From Alphaproteobacteria bacterium (lineage in GTDB: Bacteria > Pseudomonadota > Alphaproteobacteria > MPNO01): a stretch of 64,000 nt of DNA. The notes beneath the pieces were generated by a model. It did no database searches. It was given only the letters and a program-made list of their open reading frames with translations, and was not told where the DNA came from. The stretch lies in the NCBI GenBank assembly GCA_965248835.1, contig CBDFLJ010000002.1:800001-864000 (forward strand), in the 5' to 3' direction. Positions 1-11,289 of this stretch are shown here, piece by piece. Within the stretch, counting starts at the first letter, position 1. Each line of letters opens with the position of its first letter. Made by a program: the position numbers and the translations under genes.

Positions 1-2
1 GC

Positions 3-3000
3 GGCACGACCTTCATCGATATCGAGAGCAGCGGTGCGGCCACCACCACCCACACCGTGACCGTCCTGAGCGACGGCACCGGTACCCGCCTGACCAACGG
101 CACCGAATACACGTTCGAGCTGCGGGCGGTGAATCTGTCCGGTGCCGGCGCGGCGTCCCCCGAAACCGCCACGCCGCTCTGGCCCGCGCCGACCGGTCTG
201 GTGGCGGCGCCGGGCGAGGGCCAGGTCATGCTGACGTGGGACAGGGGCGACCCCGGGATCGCCCGTTATAAGGTCAGCACCTACTACACGCCCATCAACT
301 CCGTGGACCCGCTCTTGGAAACGTTTCTCTCGCCCGGCTCGGGGGATCAGACGACCCTGCTCATTCCCGGCTTGACCAATCGCACCGACTACACCTTCAC
401 GGTGCAGGCGGTGGATACGTCCGGGGACGACACCGTGATCACCGGCAGAGCGGGCAGCGTGGACGCCACGCCGGTGCCGGTGCCGGCCGCCCCGGCGAAC
501 CTCGCGGCCATGCCGGCTAACGGGCAGGCTGTGCTGACCTGGGACGATCCGAACGACAGCAGCATCACCAAGTATCAGTACCGGCAGAGGGTGAGCGGCG
601 CCGATTTCGGCGACTGGAGCGACATCGGCGGCAGCAGTGCGACCACCACCACCTACACCGTGACCGGCCTGACTAACGGCAGCCCGTACGGGTTTGAGCT
701 GCGCGCGGTGAACGCTTCCGGTGACGGCAAAGCCTCCAGCGTGGGGACCACACCGATTGCGGTGCCGGACGCCCCGACGATTTCCTCGGCCACGCCGGGT
801 GACGGCCAGGTGGTGCTTGCATGGAACGATCCGAGCGACAGATCGATCACCAAGTACCAGGTCCGCTCGAAGGTGAGGAACAGCGACGACAATACCTACA
901 CTGACTGGGCGAACATCCCCGTAACCGACCCCAATGCGCCCCCCACCGGATACATCGTGACCGGCCTGACCAACGGCACCGAGTACACCTTTGCGGTGCG
1001 CGCGGTAAACGATCCCGGTAACGGCCCGGCATCCACCGTGACCGCCAGGCCGCTTGCGCCGCCGGCCGCCCCGGAGATTTCCTCGGTCGGGCCGGGTTAC
1101 CGCCAGGTCGAGCTTGAGTGGGCCGATCCGAACGACAGCACCATCACCGGCTACCAGGTCAGCATCAACGGTGACGATAACTTCACCGACATCCCCAACA
1201 GCGCCCATCGCCAGACCAATGCCACCGGATACACCGTTCCCGGCCTGAAAAACGGCACCGAGTACACGTTGGCAGTGCGCGCGATGAACGATGCCGGCGA
1301 GGGCGACGCATCCGCCGCGAACGCCACGCCGTTCAACAACCCCCCCACGGGTTCCAGCAAAGAGGTGTCCACGTACGATAACGAATCGTACCGCTTTACG
1401 ATGAAAGACTTCGCCTATTCGGACGACGAAGTGGACACGCTGCACCACGCGAAGATAGCCTCGCCGCCCTTGGATGACGAGGGGAATGACCGGGGGACGC
1501 TGTCGCTTAACGGCGCGGCCATCACCAGCGACACCCTACCCCGGCAGGTGACGCCGGCCGACCTTGAAGCGGGCAACCTCCTCTACACTCCGCCGGAGAA
1601 CGCGCACGGCGATCCTTTCGCGACGTTCGGGTTCAAGGTCAGTGACGGCGAGAGCGACAGCGTGGCGTACGCCATGGCCATTAACGTGGTGCGGGTGTAT
1701 TCGGTGCGCTTCGGCGCCGCGGCCTATGCGGTCGAAGAGGGCGGCGATCCGGTAAGGGTGACGGTGACGCTGAGCAAGCAAGCGGCCGACGCGCTGGAGA
1801 TCCCGATCACGGTGGGCCCGCGGGGCCGGACCGTGGCGGCCGACTATACGGTTACGGTTACGGATCCGGATGTCTTGGATCCTGCGACCGGGACCGTCAC
1901 GCTCAAATTCGAGGAGATGGGCGACACCACCAGGAGCTTCACCATCGAGGCCACGGGACAGGCCAAACAAGACGACAATTTCCATGACGTGAGGGTGGCG
2001 CTGGGCTTCGGTGACCTGCCCACGGACGTGGCGAAAGGCGCGCCGGCCGCGGCCACGCTGACCATCATCGACGCTGAAGGCGCCGTGGTCCAGGCGCGCT
2101 TCGGGCGACTCAACGCCGAGATCCTCTCCAAACACGCGCTGACCATCGCCGATGTCACCAACCGGGCGATCGGCGCGCGCATGGACGATCCGTGCGGCAA
2201 GCGGGCGGCCGCCTACACGCTGGCCGGGGGATCGACGCTGCATGACACGCTGCGATCCAACGCGCCGGCGATCGAGGACGGTACGCTCACCCTCGACGAC
2301 GTGCTGGCTGGCTCGTCCTTCCGGCTGCCGCTCGCGGCGGTGAACGACGGCATGGCACCCGGCGCCGGCGGGCCGGTGGTGTGGGGCCGGGGCGAGCGGC
2401 AGGTGCTGGAGAGCACGGAGTCCGCCTTCGCCTGGGACGGCACGGTGCTGACCGGCCAGTTCGGCATCGACGGCTGCCTGCGCGACGATCTCCTGACCGG
2501 GCTCGCGCTGTCGCGCTCGATCGGCGAATTCGACTATAGCGACGGTACCGGATCGTCGCCGGTGCGCGGCGACTATCAGAGCCGGATGACCAGCGTTCAT
2601 CCCTATCTGGGCTGGACCTCGCCACAGGGTCTCGGTCTCTGGGCGACGGTGGGCTATGGGTGGGGCGATATCGAGATCGAGGACGCGCAGGTGCGCGATG
2701 GCGACCCCGACTACCCGGTAAGGCGCAGCGACACGACGCTCAAGACGGCGGCGGCGGGCGCGAGCGGTCCCTTGATGACCAATGAGTCGCCGATCGCGGG
2801 CGGCACGACGACGCTCATGCTCAAGGGCGAGGCCTCGTGGGCGCAGGTCGAGGTCGAGGGCGAGGGCGACGACGGCCTGATCGCGCAGCAGACGGTGAAC
2901 GCCAACCGTCTGCGGCTGGCGCTGGAGGGCAGCCACGAGCAGGCGCTGGCCTCGGGCTCCTCGCTGACGCCGTCCCTGGAGCTGGGTCTGCGTCATGACG

Positions 3001-3530
3001 GCGGCGACGGGATCACCGGCACCGGCATCGAGATCGGCGGAAGCTTGCGCTATCGCGACCCGGCCACGGGCCTTACGATCGAGGGCAACGGCCGGGTCCT
3101 GACGGGACAAGACGAATTCCGGGAATGGGGTCTTGGCGGCTCGGTCCGCCTCCACCCGGGCGCCGAAGGGCGGGGACTGTCGTTCAGCCTGGTGCCCACC
3201 TGGGGCGAGACATCGAGCGGGGTCGCGCGTCTGTGGGATCAGGACGTCGCCGAACTGGCGAGCGATGATACGGCGGCCAATGACAACGTTCCGCAGATGC
3301 GGCTGGACAGCGAGCTTGGTTATGGCTTCGGCGCGCTCGGCGGGCACGGGCTGCTGACGCCCTATGGCGGGTTCTCGCTGGCGGGCGAAGGGTCACAACG
3401 CTACCGGATCGGCGGCCGCTTCGAGATCGGGTCATCGCTCAACCTCAGCCTCGAGGGCGAGCGCCGTGAGCCGGCCAACGACGCTGCCGCGGAGCACGGC
3501 GTCATGCTGCGCATGCAGGCAAGCTGGTAG
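3..3530 (+). CDS. Large surface protein/autotransporter: at least 5 fibronectin type III repeats, cadherin-like and Calx-beta-like domains, C-terminal beta-barrel (5' end outside window)
   Basis: Repeated FN3 units (W..P...ITKYQ...VTGLTNGTEYTFxVRAVN), VRFGAAAYAVEEG Calx-beta motif, beta-strand-rich C-terminus ending in W; frame open from window start. Confidence 0.9.
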   Translation, partial: GTTFIDIESSGAATTTHTVTVLSDGTGTRLTNGTEYTFELRAVNLSGAGAASPETATPLWPAPTGLVAAPGEGQVMLTWDRGDPGIARYKVSTYYTPINSVDPLLETFLSPGSGDQTTLLIPGLTNRTDYTFTVQAVDTSGDDTVITGRAGSVDATPVPVPAAPANLAAMPANGQAVLTWDDPNDSSITKYQYRQRVSGADFGDWSDIGGSSATTTTYTVTGLTNGSPYGFELRAVNASGDGKASSVGTTPIAVPDAPTISSATPGDGQVVLAWNDPSDRSITKYQVRSKVRNSDDNTYTDWANIPVTDPNAPPTGYIVTGLTNGTEYTFAVRAVNDPGNGPASTVTARPLAPPAAPEISSVGPGYRQVELEWADPNDSTITGYQVSINGDDNFTDIPNSAHRQTNATGYTVPGLKNGTEYTLAVRAMNDAGEGDASAANATPFNNPPTGSSKEVSTYDNESYRFTMKDFAYSDDEVDTLHHAKIASPPLDDEGNDRGTLSLNGAAITSDTLPRQVTPADLEAGNLLYTPPENAHGDPFATFGFKVSDGESDSVAYAMAINVVRVYSVRFGAAAYAVEEGGDPVRVTVTLSKQAADALEIPITVGPRGRTVAADYTVTVTDPDVLDPATGTVTLKFEEMGDTTRSFTIEATGQAKQDDNFHDVRVALGFGDLPTDVAKGAPAAATLTIIDAEGAVVQARFGRLNAEILSKHALTIADVTNRAIGARMDDPCGKRAAAYTLAGGSTLHDTLRSNAPAIEDGTLTLDDVLAGSSFRLPLAAVNDGMAPGAGGPVVWGRGERQVLESTESAFAWDGTVLTGQFGIDGCLRDDLLTGLALSRSIGEFDYSDGTGSSPVRGDYQSRMTSVHPYLGWTSPQGLGLWATVGYGWGDIEIEDAQVRDGDPDYPVRRSDTTLKTAAAGASGPLMTNESPIAGGTTTLMLKGEASWAQVEVEGEGDDGLIAQQTVNANRLRLALEGSHEQALASGSSLTPSLELGLRHDGGDGITGTGIEIGGSLRYRDPATGLTIEGNGRVLTGQDEFREWGLGGSVRLHPGAEGRGLSFSLVPTWGETSSGVARLWDQDVAELASDDTAANDNVPQMRLDSELGYGFGALGGHGLLTPYGGFSLAGEGSQRYRIGGRFEIGSSLNLSLEGERREPANDAAAEHGVMLRMQASW

Positions 3531-3732
3531 GGCCAAGGCTGTCGCCGGTTGCGGTCGCGCGGCGCGGGGCCGGCCGTTGCGGTTCGCGTTTTCCGAACGG
3601 CCGGGCTAGCAGTTTGCAGTACCCCGGCTGCGCCCGGCGCGTGCGTGGAACGGGGTCCGGGCGCCGTTTCCGTCGAGGCGGCGGAAACGGCGGTCAAGGA
3701 CTTTGCAACCCGCTGAAATCAGAGATCATGGC

Positions 3733-4755
3733 TCAGAGCACGCTCAAACGGCGGATCGTGAACCCCTGTGCCTCTAACATGCGCACGAGCCCCTGATGGC
3801 CCGGCAGTTGCAGCGCGCCAACGGCGATAACGATATTGCGCGACGCGCGGGTCCGGTCGAGGATCTTTGCCCGCCATCCGCTATTGCGTCTTGCGATTAG
3901 AAACTCGTGCACCTCGCGAAACAATGTCGCCACCGCCTCGGCGTCGCCGATAAGTGACGCAGCACGACTTCGGGAGATCTCCCACATCACCATGGGCTCC
4001 TCATCAATCCACGTGCCGACGGCCGTCGCGACCAAGTCATCGTCTGCAATACCGCCCGCTGCGAGGGACATTCGCAGCATGTCGAGTTGCTTTTCTTCCG
4101 GGGCATCCACGAAAAAGGCGAGAGCCTGCTCCAAGTCTTCATCCAACATTTCAACCGCGACGCCGGCATTGCGGGCGAGGGCTTCGATGCGCTTGTCGAG
4201 TGGTGTGGCACCGGACGCTCGGGCGGCCAGCTCGCACGGTGGCATCTCCAGCATCGTGGCTACAAACCATGGACGCATCCTGTCGGCCGCCTCAGGCGGT
4301 ATACCGAGTTTGGAAAGTGATTTGCTCAATGCTTCCCACTCCCCCGCCGTCAGGCGGCTTCTCAGACCGGGTCCGTCGAGATAGAGCATGATTGACGGGT
4401 TCGCAGCCAAGTGCTGCTGCAGTCCCTTCTCGCCCTCCTCCGTCGCCTCCATGAGAACCACGTCTGCCGTACGGATGCGGACCGCGATCTCCTCGGGGAC
4501 GGAAACGGCCGGGTCGGAGAAGGCAAGAATGCCGAACAGCGTCAGCCGTACATCGCCGCGCACCGCCTCGAAGGCAACGCCTTCACGGAAGGGAACATCT
4601 GCGATGCTGGCGCGGATCTCCTGCATCGATGCCGCCGGGATGGAATCGCGCTGATCCTTGCCCAGACAAGCGGCAGAAGCGAAAGAGGGGGTGGTGAGAA
4701 AAGCGAGAACGAGGACGGCGAAGCAGCGCATGAGCGGATCCTTTTGTGGAAGCAT
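3733..4755 (-). CDS. TraB/GumN family secreted protein
   Basis: Signal peptide; MRPW, RRN.GW and AVGALQLPGHQGLVRMLEAQGFTIRRL family motifs; start may be 4731; usual His residues appear substituted. Confidence 0.85.
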   Translation of the reverse strand: MLPQKDPLMRCFAVLVLAFLTTPSFASAACLGKDQRDSIPAASMQEIRASIADVPFREGVAFEAVRGDVRLTLFGILAFSDPAVSVPEEIAVRIRTADVVLMEATEEGEKGLQQHLAANPSIMLYLDGPGLRSRLTAGEWEALSKSLSKLGIPPEAADRMRPWFVATMLEMPPCELAARASGATPLDKRIEALARNAGVAVEMLDEDLEQALAFFVDAPEEKQLDMLRMSLAAGGIADDDLVATAVGTWIDEEPMVMWEISRSRAASLIGDAEAVATLFREVHEFLIARRNSGWRAKILDRTRASRNIVIAVGALQLPGHQGLVRMLEAQGFTIRRLSVL

Positions 4756-5224
4756 GACCTGTTCCCGATTTCAGTGACGGTTTCGAGCTTGGCCCATTCC
4801 GGCCTTTCGGTCCTGGTGAGCGGCGAGCGGCTTGCGGCTCTTCAACGGCGACGGCGGATCGCCATGCCGAGGCGCGATCGTCTACGGTGCGGCCGGCCCG
4901 CAGCCGAGCGCGCCGTGCGGCATGATTGTGTGATAATGCCCGTTCCATGATTTTTTCGGCACCCCGGTCTCCGTCGTGGAATGGACGATCTTGCCGAAAC
5001 CGGAAGGGTCGGAAAGTGGGGAAGACCACAAGGATCGCCGATACGCGTGGACGTGGCTTCGGATCGGCATGTCTGCCTCAGCTTAGCATCACGCGGCCCG
5101 CTGGGCGAGGTCAAGCCGGGACGGGAACCGGTGCTCCGCTTGTCTGTCGCCAGCTGCCATGGGACTCTACCGGCGGTCGGAAATCACCAAGCGCGGTGGG
5201 CGCCCACGGTGTATGGGAATCCGG

Positions 5225-6535
5225 ATGAGGACGAAAACGGTCAGTGCCTTCGCCTTGGTGATCTGCCTGCTGGCTCCGCTCGACTCGGCGGACGCGGCCG
5301 ATGCGGCGCAATGGCGAGCGTGCCGGATTTCTCCCGACTACGCCTGCGTGATCTCGCTATCCGCCGCCGCCGCCGATGAGATCACGGAGTCCACTGAGCG
5401 TGCCGAATCTTGGGCTTCGATCGCCGCGGTGCAGGCAAGCGCCGGCGAATTCGACAAAGCGCTCGCCTCTGCTCGGCGATCCGGCTTGGTCTTTACGCAT
5501 TCGTTGGCGCTCCGCGACATCGCAGAGGCGCTTGCGAAGGCGGGGGAGACCCGCAGAGCCCTCGCTGCCGCCGACGGAATCGAGCATGCCAGGATCCGCG
5601 GCATGGCGTTCGTCAGGATTGCATCGGCCCAGGCAGCAGCCGGGGATGTCGACCAAGCGCTTGCTACTGCTCGCGGCATCGAAACGGTCTATCACCGCGC
5701 GCTGGCATTCACCGAGATTGCATCAATTCAGGGCGTCGATGCCGGGCGGGCCAGGGAGGCGATCACTCGGCCGCTCGACATCGTCGAAGCCGTCAAAAGC
5801 GTCAGCGCACGCGCCACGCTATTGACAAAGATCGCCTCGGCCCAGGCGAAGATCGGAAACACCGAGCGCGCAACGGAGACCTTCGCGCGCGCCGTCGCGG
5901 CCATTCGGGGGAAAGGCGGCAGCACGGAGTCCTGGATTCTTTTCGAGGTGGCCTCGGCCCAGGCGGAGGCCGGAGATGTGGCGGGGGCGCTCGTGACGGT
6001 CGGCAAGATCGAAAGAGCGCGCCACCGGGCCCAGGCGCTCGCCGCGATTGCCTCGGTACAAGCGAAGGCTGGAGATCACGTGCGGGCCGGGAAGACGATC
6101 GTCCAGGCCAAAGCTGCGGCCCGGACGATCTCAAACGGCTACTCTCGTGCTGCGGCCTTCGCCGCGATTGCCTCGGTGCAAACCAAGGCAGGAGATCGCG
6201 CGCGGGCCGGGCAGACAATCGCCCAGGCCAAAGCCGCTGCCCGGACGAACTCGATGGCTTCTCACCATGCCGCGGCATTGTTCAAGATCGCATCGGTGCA
6301 AGCGACGACAGGAGATATCGAGGGTGCCGTTTTCACTGCCGGCGAGATCGATCGAGCCGACTTCCGGGTCGGAGCACTTGCCGTGGTCGCCTCGGCGCGA
6401 GCGAAAATCGGAGATAGCGAGCGGGCGAGGGAGACAATCGGTCGGGCTCTCGAAACCGCCGAGGCGATCACGCGGCCCTTTGTCCGCACCCAAGCGCTTC
6501 TCACGATCGCGCGCGCGTTTGTCGAAGCGAAATAG
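5225..6535 (+). CDS. Secreted alpha-helical (TPR-like) repeat protein
   Basis: Signal peptide MRTKTVSAF...; recurring IASAQAxAGD units; 120-bp near-identical tandem at about 6041-6132 and 6161-6252. Confidence 0.8.
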   Translation: MRTKTVSAFALVICLLAPLDSADAADAAQWRACRISPDYACVISLSAAAADEITESTERAESWASIAAVQASAGEFDKALASARRSGLVFTHSLALRDIAEALAKAGETRRALAAADGIEHARIRGMAFVRIASAQAAAGDVDQALATARGIETVYHRALAFTEIASIQGVDAGRAREAITRPLDIVEAVKSVSARATLLTKIASAQAKIGNTERATETFARAVAAIRGKGGSTESWILFEVASAQAEAGDVAGALVTVGKIERARHRAQALAAIASVQAKAGDHVRAGKTIVQAKAAARTISNGYSRAAAFAAIASVQTKAGDRARAGQTIAQAKAAARTNSMASHHAAALFKIASVQATTGDIEGAVFTAGEIDRADFRVGALAVVASARAKIGDSERARETIGRALETAEAITRPFVRTQALLTIARAFVEAK

Positions 6536-6739
6536 CAAGAACCTTCTCGTCTGCATCGCCGCGTCTGAGGTCCATGGTCAACGGGGCGGCGAAGTCGCGC
6601 GTGCCATCGTGCATGGCGGCCGAAAGTCTGCATTGCGCGCGGGGCGCGCCGCCGGGCGCGGGCCGCCGCTTGACGGCCGGCCGCGCCGAAGCACCGGCCC
6701 CCGGTGAGAAATACGGGCCAGCGTCCCTGCCGCGACCGC

Positions 6740-7010
6740 GAAAAGCGTGCGCCCGGCCTCACGATATGCGGTCGGTCGATGGAAGAGGAAGCGCGGCTGA
6801 TCCTGCGCGATGCCGTCGGACGCAGACCGAGTTCCGAAAACTTCGCGCGCATCATCCGCACGCATTTCGGTCCGTCAAACGGTGTGGAACTGGAATTGCC
6901 GCCGCGCGAGGCCGGACGCGAACCGCCCTCCTTCGATTGAGGCGGCGGCGATGATCCTGCTGGATACCAACGTCGTGTCCGAACTAATGCGCAGGTCGAG
7001 ATCGTCGGGC
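6740..7010 (+). pseudogene. Remnant FitA-like antitoxin (5' lost) plus first codons of a VapC toxin
   Basis: GRSMEEEARLILRDAV...GVELELPPR to 6940, then MILLDTNVVSELMR from 6951, cut off at the MFS gene end. Confidence 0.8.
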
Positions 7011-7014
7011 CGCC

Positions 7015-8259
7015 TCAGCGGGCGACGGCCCTGGCGCCGTAGATGCTGACCACGCCTAGGAGAAGGGCCAGCGCCGACACCCAGAGGACCGTCTCCGGCA
7101 TGTCGAACCCGGTTAACCCACGGGAGCCCCAAAGGGCCAGCGCCCCGCCGATCGACCCACCGGTGGTCACGAAGCCGAACACGGCTCCGATCCTGCCCGA
7201 AGGACAGATCTTGAGAACCAGGAGATCGATCGACGGGCTCGCGAGGGCAGCCAGGAGCCCGCCGAGCCCGATCCACACCCAGATGGGCACGGGGAGGATA
7301 TCGAGCGCTCCGATGCCGAGCAGGATCGCGGATGCAACCAGGCAGATCGCGACCAGCTTTTCCCGGTTTTTGACCTTGTCGGCCATCACGCCCCCCGCGA
7401 GTGGGGTCAATATCAGGAAGAGTAAGCCCAATACCAGGGAGAGTAGGTCCAATATCCGCAGGCCCGGCCAGGCGCCGACAAAGATCGCCCGGAGACCGTC
7501 CATTAACTCTTCGGACTCCTTGACGAGCTCATGCCCACCGATGCCGGAAAAACCCAGAAAAGTCATTGCCAGAAGGAACAGCAACACCGGCGAAGACGCG
7601 ATCGCGGCTATCGCCGTCCGGGAATCGATGCGTGTCCTCTCAGGGTTCCGGGGTTCCCATGGCTGGTGGAGGGTGTTATCGCGAAAGGCGTCACGAAAGC
7701 GCATTGCCACCGCCGCGAACATGATCCCGACCAAACCAACGATGGAGAATGCTATTCGCCAATTCGTAAGCAGGAACAATGACAACATTGCCCAAGGGGC
7801 GGCTATCATGCCGACCGAAGCGAACAGGTCTCTTATGCCGAACGCGCGCCCCCGGCGTTCGGCGCCTATACAGGTGGCGAGGACCACATAGCCCGCCGAC
7901 CAAACGGCACCATGGCCCAGCCCGCAGAGCAAACCGAATCCCATCAAGGGCCAGTAGCCGGGAAACACCGGCGTCAGCGTCAGCGCAGCAGCAGGGAGCG
8001 CGACCCCTGCCACGACGACCGGGCCGGCGCCGATCCGGTCCGCCAGGATCCCGGCGGGAAACAGGGCCGCGCCGGCAGCGATCGCATTGACCGTGGCGAA
8101 GACGGCGAGACCGCTCGAGCTTACGCCGAGCTCCATGACGATCGGAATATACGAGAACGCTAACGCAGCCAGGTATAAATGTGCAAAGACGTGGCTGAGC
8201 GCGACCAGTCCGATAGTCTTCAATTCGGCGCGCGGCAGGGCAAAGGCGTCGGCTATCAC
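7015..8259 (-). CDS. MFS transporter
   Basis: About 12 hydrophobic segments; motif A GILADRIG and GVMADKV; RRGRAFG. Confidence 0.9.
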   Translation of the reverse strand: MIADAFALPRAELKTIGLVALSHVFAHLYLAALAFSYIPIVMELGVSSSGLAVFATVNAIAAGAALFPAGILADRIGAGPVVVAGVALPAAALTLTPVFPGYWPLMGFGLLCGLGHGAVWSAGYVVLATCIGAERRGRAFGIRDLFASVGMIAAPWAMLSLFLLTNWRIAFSIVGLVGIMFAAVAMRFRDAFRDNTLHQPWEPRNPERTRIDSRTAIAAIASSPVLLFLLAMTFLGFSGIGGHELVKESEELMDGLRAIFVGAWPGLRILDLLSLVLGLLFLILTPLAGGVMADKVKNREKLVAICLVASAILLGIGALDILPVPIWVWIGLGGLLAALASPSIDLLVLKICPSGRIGAVFGFVTTGGSIGGALALWGSRGLTGFDMPETVLWVSALALLLGVVSIYGARAVAR

Positions 8260-8489
8260 GACGGCGTTCGTTCCGACCTTTTGTCAGCGCGGGCGCCAAG
8301 CCTGCTCGGCCAAAGATCTACTTTGACCCGGGATTTCCCATGTGGCGCCCTTCAGCCAAGTCGAGCGTGGCTCGAAACCGCTCGAAGGGCAAGCCCGATG
8401 GGTTCTGCCACCATGATCATGCCCGACACCGCGAAATCGAGAGTCAAAGGGACATGGCGGCATTCGATATCGCCGGTCGAACGCGCCGA

Positions 8490-9396
8490 CGCACCGGATC
8501 TGCGGAACATCGTCGGCCGCGGCTGGATATTCGTCATTCCGATCTTTCTTCTCGTCTGGACCCTGGTGGTGGAGCACTGGCAGCCCGGCCGTTCGGCGAT
8601 GCTGGCCGTCGGAGCGACCCTGGCGGTGTCGGTCTTCAATCGCTTCACCCGGCCGAGCCTCTACAAGATCTGGGTCGCCGTCAGGGAAACCGGGCAGACG
8701 GTGCTCGAGCTGGTCATCGTCACCGCACTCGCCGGGATGATCATCGGGGCGATCCAGATCTCGACCCTGGGATTCAACTTCTCGCTGCTGCTCACCCAGG
8801 CGGCGGGCGAAAGCGGCCTGCTTCTGCCGCTCATGACGGCGGTGGTCTGCATCATCCTGGGCATGGGCATGCCTTCGGGGGTGATCTATCTGATGCTGGC
8901 CCTGCTGATCGCACCGGCCTTGGTCGAAACCGGGATTCCGAAACTGGCCTCGCATCTGTTCATTTTCTATTTCGGCATGCTGTCGATGATCACCCCGCCG
9001 ATCTGCATCGCCGTGTTCGCCGCCTGTGCGGTTGCCGGCACCAATTTCTGGCAAACCGGATGGGCCGCCGTCCGCCTCGGCATCGCCGCCTATGTGGTGC
9101 CGTTCGTTTTCGTGTACCAGCCGGCGCTGATCTTCGACGGCACGCCCGAGGAGATCGTGATCGTCGGCATCAAGACCGCAATCGGCGTCTGCGTGCTCGC
9201 CGTCGGCATGGCCGGCTACATGTTTGCCCCTCTGTCCGTCCCCGCGCAGGCGGTGACCGCGCTGTGCGGGGCCGCGATCATGGTCTGCCCGTTCGAGCAT
9301 CCGGCCGCATGGCCGGTGATCGGCGGCGCGGCGGCGGTGGTGCTGGCGACCGCCTGGGCGCAGAAACGACGGGGCCGGGAAGTGCAAGCCGGATGA
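8490..9396 (+). pseudogene. C-terminal part of a TRAP fused (4TM/12TM) permease
   Basis: LGMGMP, HLFIFYFGMLSMITPP, YVVPFVFVYQPAL; N-terminal half absent; 5' boundary approximate. Confidence 0.8.
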
Positions 9397-9497
9397 CGGC
9401 ACGCCGGGAAACGGACCGTCCGCCTTGTGGATAGCGGGTGCGACAGCCTGTAGCATGCCGGTCGGGTTCGCGAACCGAGGCGACATTGGAGGCATAG

Positions 9498-10217
9498 ATG
9501 GCGACCTACGTACTGGTTCACGGCGCGTGGCATACCGGCGCGTTGCTGGAGCCGACCGCGGTGCCGATCCGGGCGGCGGGCCATAAGGTTCATACGCCGA
9601 CCCTGGCCGGCAACCGGCCCGGCGACCGCAAGGACACCGGGCTCGAGGAGGCGATCCGATCGCTCGTCGATTACTTCGAAGCCAACGACCTGTCGGATGC
9701 GGTCCTGCTCGGCCACAGCTATGGCGGGATGGTGATCACCGGCGTTGCCGACAGGATACCGCAGCGAATCCGCCGCCTGGTCTATTGGAACGCATTCGTG
9801 CCCAATGACGGCGAGGCGCTGCAGGACATGGTGCCGCCGCACTATGTCGAAATGTTCGCGGCACTGGAGCAGGAAGACGGTTCGGTGACGCTGCCGTTCG
9901 AGATCTGGCGCGAAGCCTTCATCAACGATGCCGATGCGGAACTCGCCCGGGCGGCTTACGACCAGCTCAACCCGCATCCGAACAAGACCTTCGGCGATCC
10001 CATCGCGCTCAAGACGAACCCCGCCGCGATGCAGATCCCGAAATCCTACCTCTACTGCACCGAGGACACGTCGCTGCCGCAAAGCCTGCCCTGGCATCCG
10101 CGGCTGTCGGAAAAGCTCGGGCTGTTCCGCCTCGTGCAGTGTCCGGGCAGCCACGAGCTGTGCTTCACCAATCCCAACCTGCTGGCCGAGAAAATCATGA
10201 AAGCCGGCCGGGACTGA
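9498..10217 (+). CDS. Alpha/beta hydrolase (salicylate/methyl esterase-like)
   Basis: LVHGAWH, GHSYGG nucleophile elbow, GSHE; GGAGG RBS. Confidence 0.9.
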   Translation: MATYVLVHGAWHTGALLEPTAVPIRAAGHKVHTPTLAGNRPGDRKDTGLEEAIRSLVDYFEANDLSDAVLLGHSYGGMVITGVADRIPQRIRRLVYWNAFVPNDGEALQDMVPPHYVEMFAALEQEDGSVTLPFEIWREAFINDADAELARAAYDQLNPHPNKTFGDPIALKTNPAAMQIPKSYLYCTEDTSLPQSLPWHPRLSEKLGLFRLVQCPGSHELCFTNPNLLAEKIMKAGRD

Positions 10218-10254
10218 GGTCGGGCGCGGCGGCCGCGCGCGCCGCCGCCGGACG

Positions 10255-10473
10255 CTATCGCGCGTGCAGCGACACGAAGCCGCGGCGGAACAGGGTCCGC
10301 AGCGCGTCCTCGGCGGCCTCCGGCAGCACGCCCGGCAGCGCGTCGCGGAGCACCGACAGGTTCCTGGCGTCGGTCATCAATTCCTCGATCTCGCGGCCGA
10401 TCATCGCCTCGATCGACGGCTCGGGCGCGGCCGCGCCCTGATCGTCCTGCGGCAGATCGTCGTCATCCGGCAT
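10255..10473 (-). CDS. Small hypothetical protein
   Basis: 72-aa ORF with GAGGA RBS and protein-like composition. Confidence 0.45.
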   Translation of the reverse strand: MPDDDDLPQDDQGAAAPEPSIEAMIGREIEELMTDARNLSVLRDALPGVLPEAAEDALRTLFRRGFVSLHAR

Positions 10474-10522
10474 GTCGTGTCCTCGTCCTGATCTCGTGCG
10501 GCCGCGGCCGGGCGCTTGTGGG

Positions 10523-10711
10523 CTATCGGCGGTCGTCCCCGCGGCGGATCGCCTTGACGCCGCCGAGCTCGCGGACGACCTGTGCGACGGCTCTTTTGGG
10601 CCGGCCGACGCTCTCGGCGGTTTGCGCGATCGACAGCCCCTCGCGGACGCGCTTGCGCACGCGCGCGCGGATCCGGTCGTCGATCGGCGGGTAGCGGTGC
10701 GGGTCAGCCAT
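10523..10711 (-). CDS. Small helix-turn-helix protein
   Basis: REGLSIAQTAESVGRPKRAVAQVVREL HTH pattern. Confidence 0.55.
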   Translation of the reverse strand: MADPHRYPPIDDRIRARVRKRVREGLSIAQTAESVGRPKRAVAQVVRELGGVKAIRRGDDRR

Positions 10712-10899
10712 CGGCGGTCGCAGACATCCTGTGTCGGCTCCTCTGCTGTTCGCGGGAAGGGTCTCGGCGGCGCCGGTCCTGTTGCCGCCGCCGGCTGCGC
10801 AGGATTTCACCGGACGACGAAGCGCCGCTTGCCCACGTGTCGCTTGGGAGCCGCTCGGGGCTGCGCACGGCTCGGGCGATCGTCCTGACGGCAGGCAAT

Positions 10900-10930
10900 C
10901 AAAAACCCGCCGCGGTGATCCCGGGCGGGT
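10900..10930 (-). terminator. Possible intrinsic terminator
   Basis: ACCCGCC/GGCGGGT stem followed by T5 on the minus strand. Confidence 0.4.
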
Positions 10931-11289
10931 CTGATCTGGTCGCACTTGTGGCGCGTCGCGAATCGCCTTACGCCGCATATGAACCGCTTGTCAAGAAGGA
11001 CCGCGCGCAGCGCCGGCCGGCGTCGTGCCGATCCCGGACGATCGCCCCGCGCGCCAGCAGGACGCCCAGCGGGTACTCGGCTCGTTGGTCGCCGATGCCG
11101 CGTGCGTCCCATAGTGGCGCTCGAAACCCGCGCCGGCATTCGGGCGTGCCGCGATCGGGCCTGCGGCGCACCGGCGGGATGCCGCGCGGCCGGAACAGGT
11201 CGATAAAGCCCGAGCGATTTTCCAGCTTCGCTTCATGCTCCGCGCCCGCGCGGCGGTGCGGCGTCGAACGCCGAACGCCGCGAAGAAAT

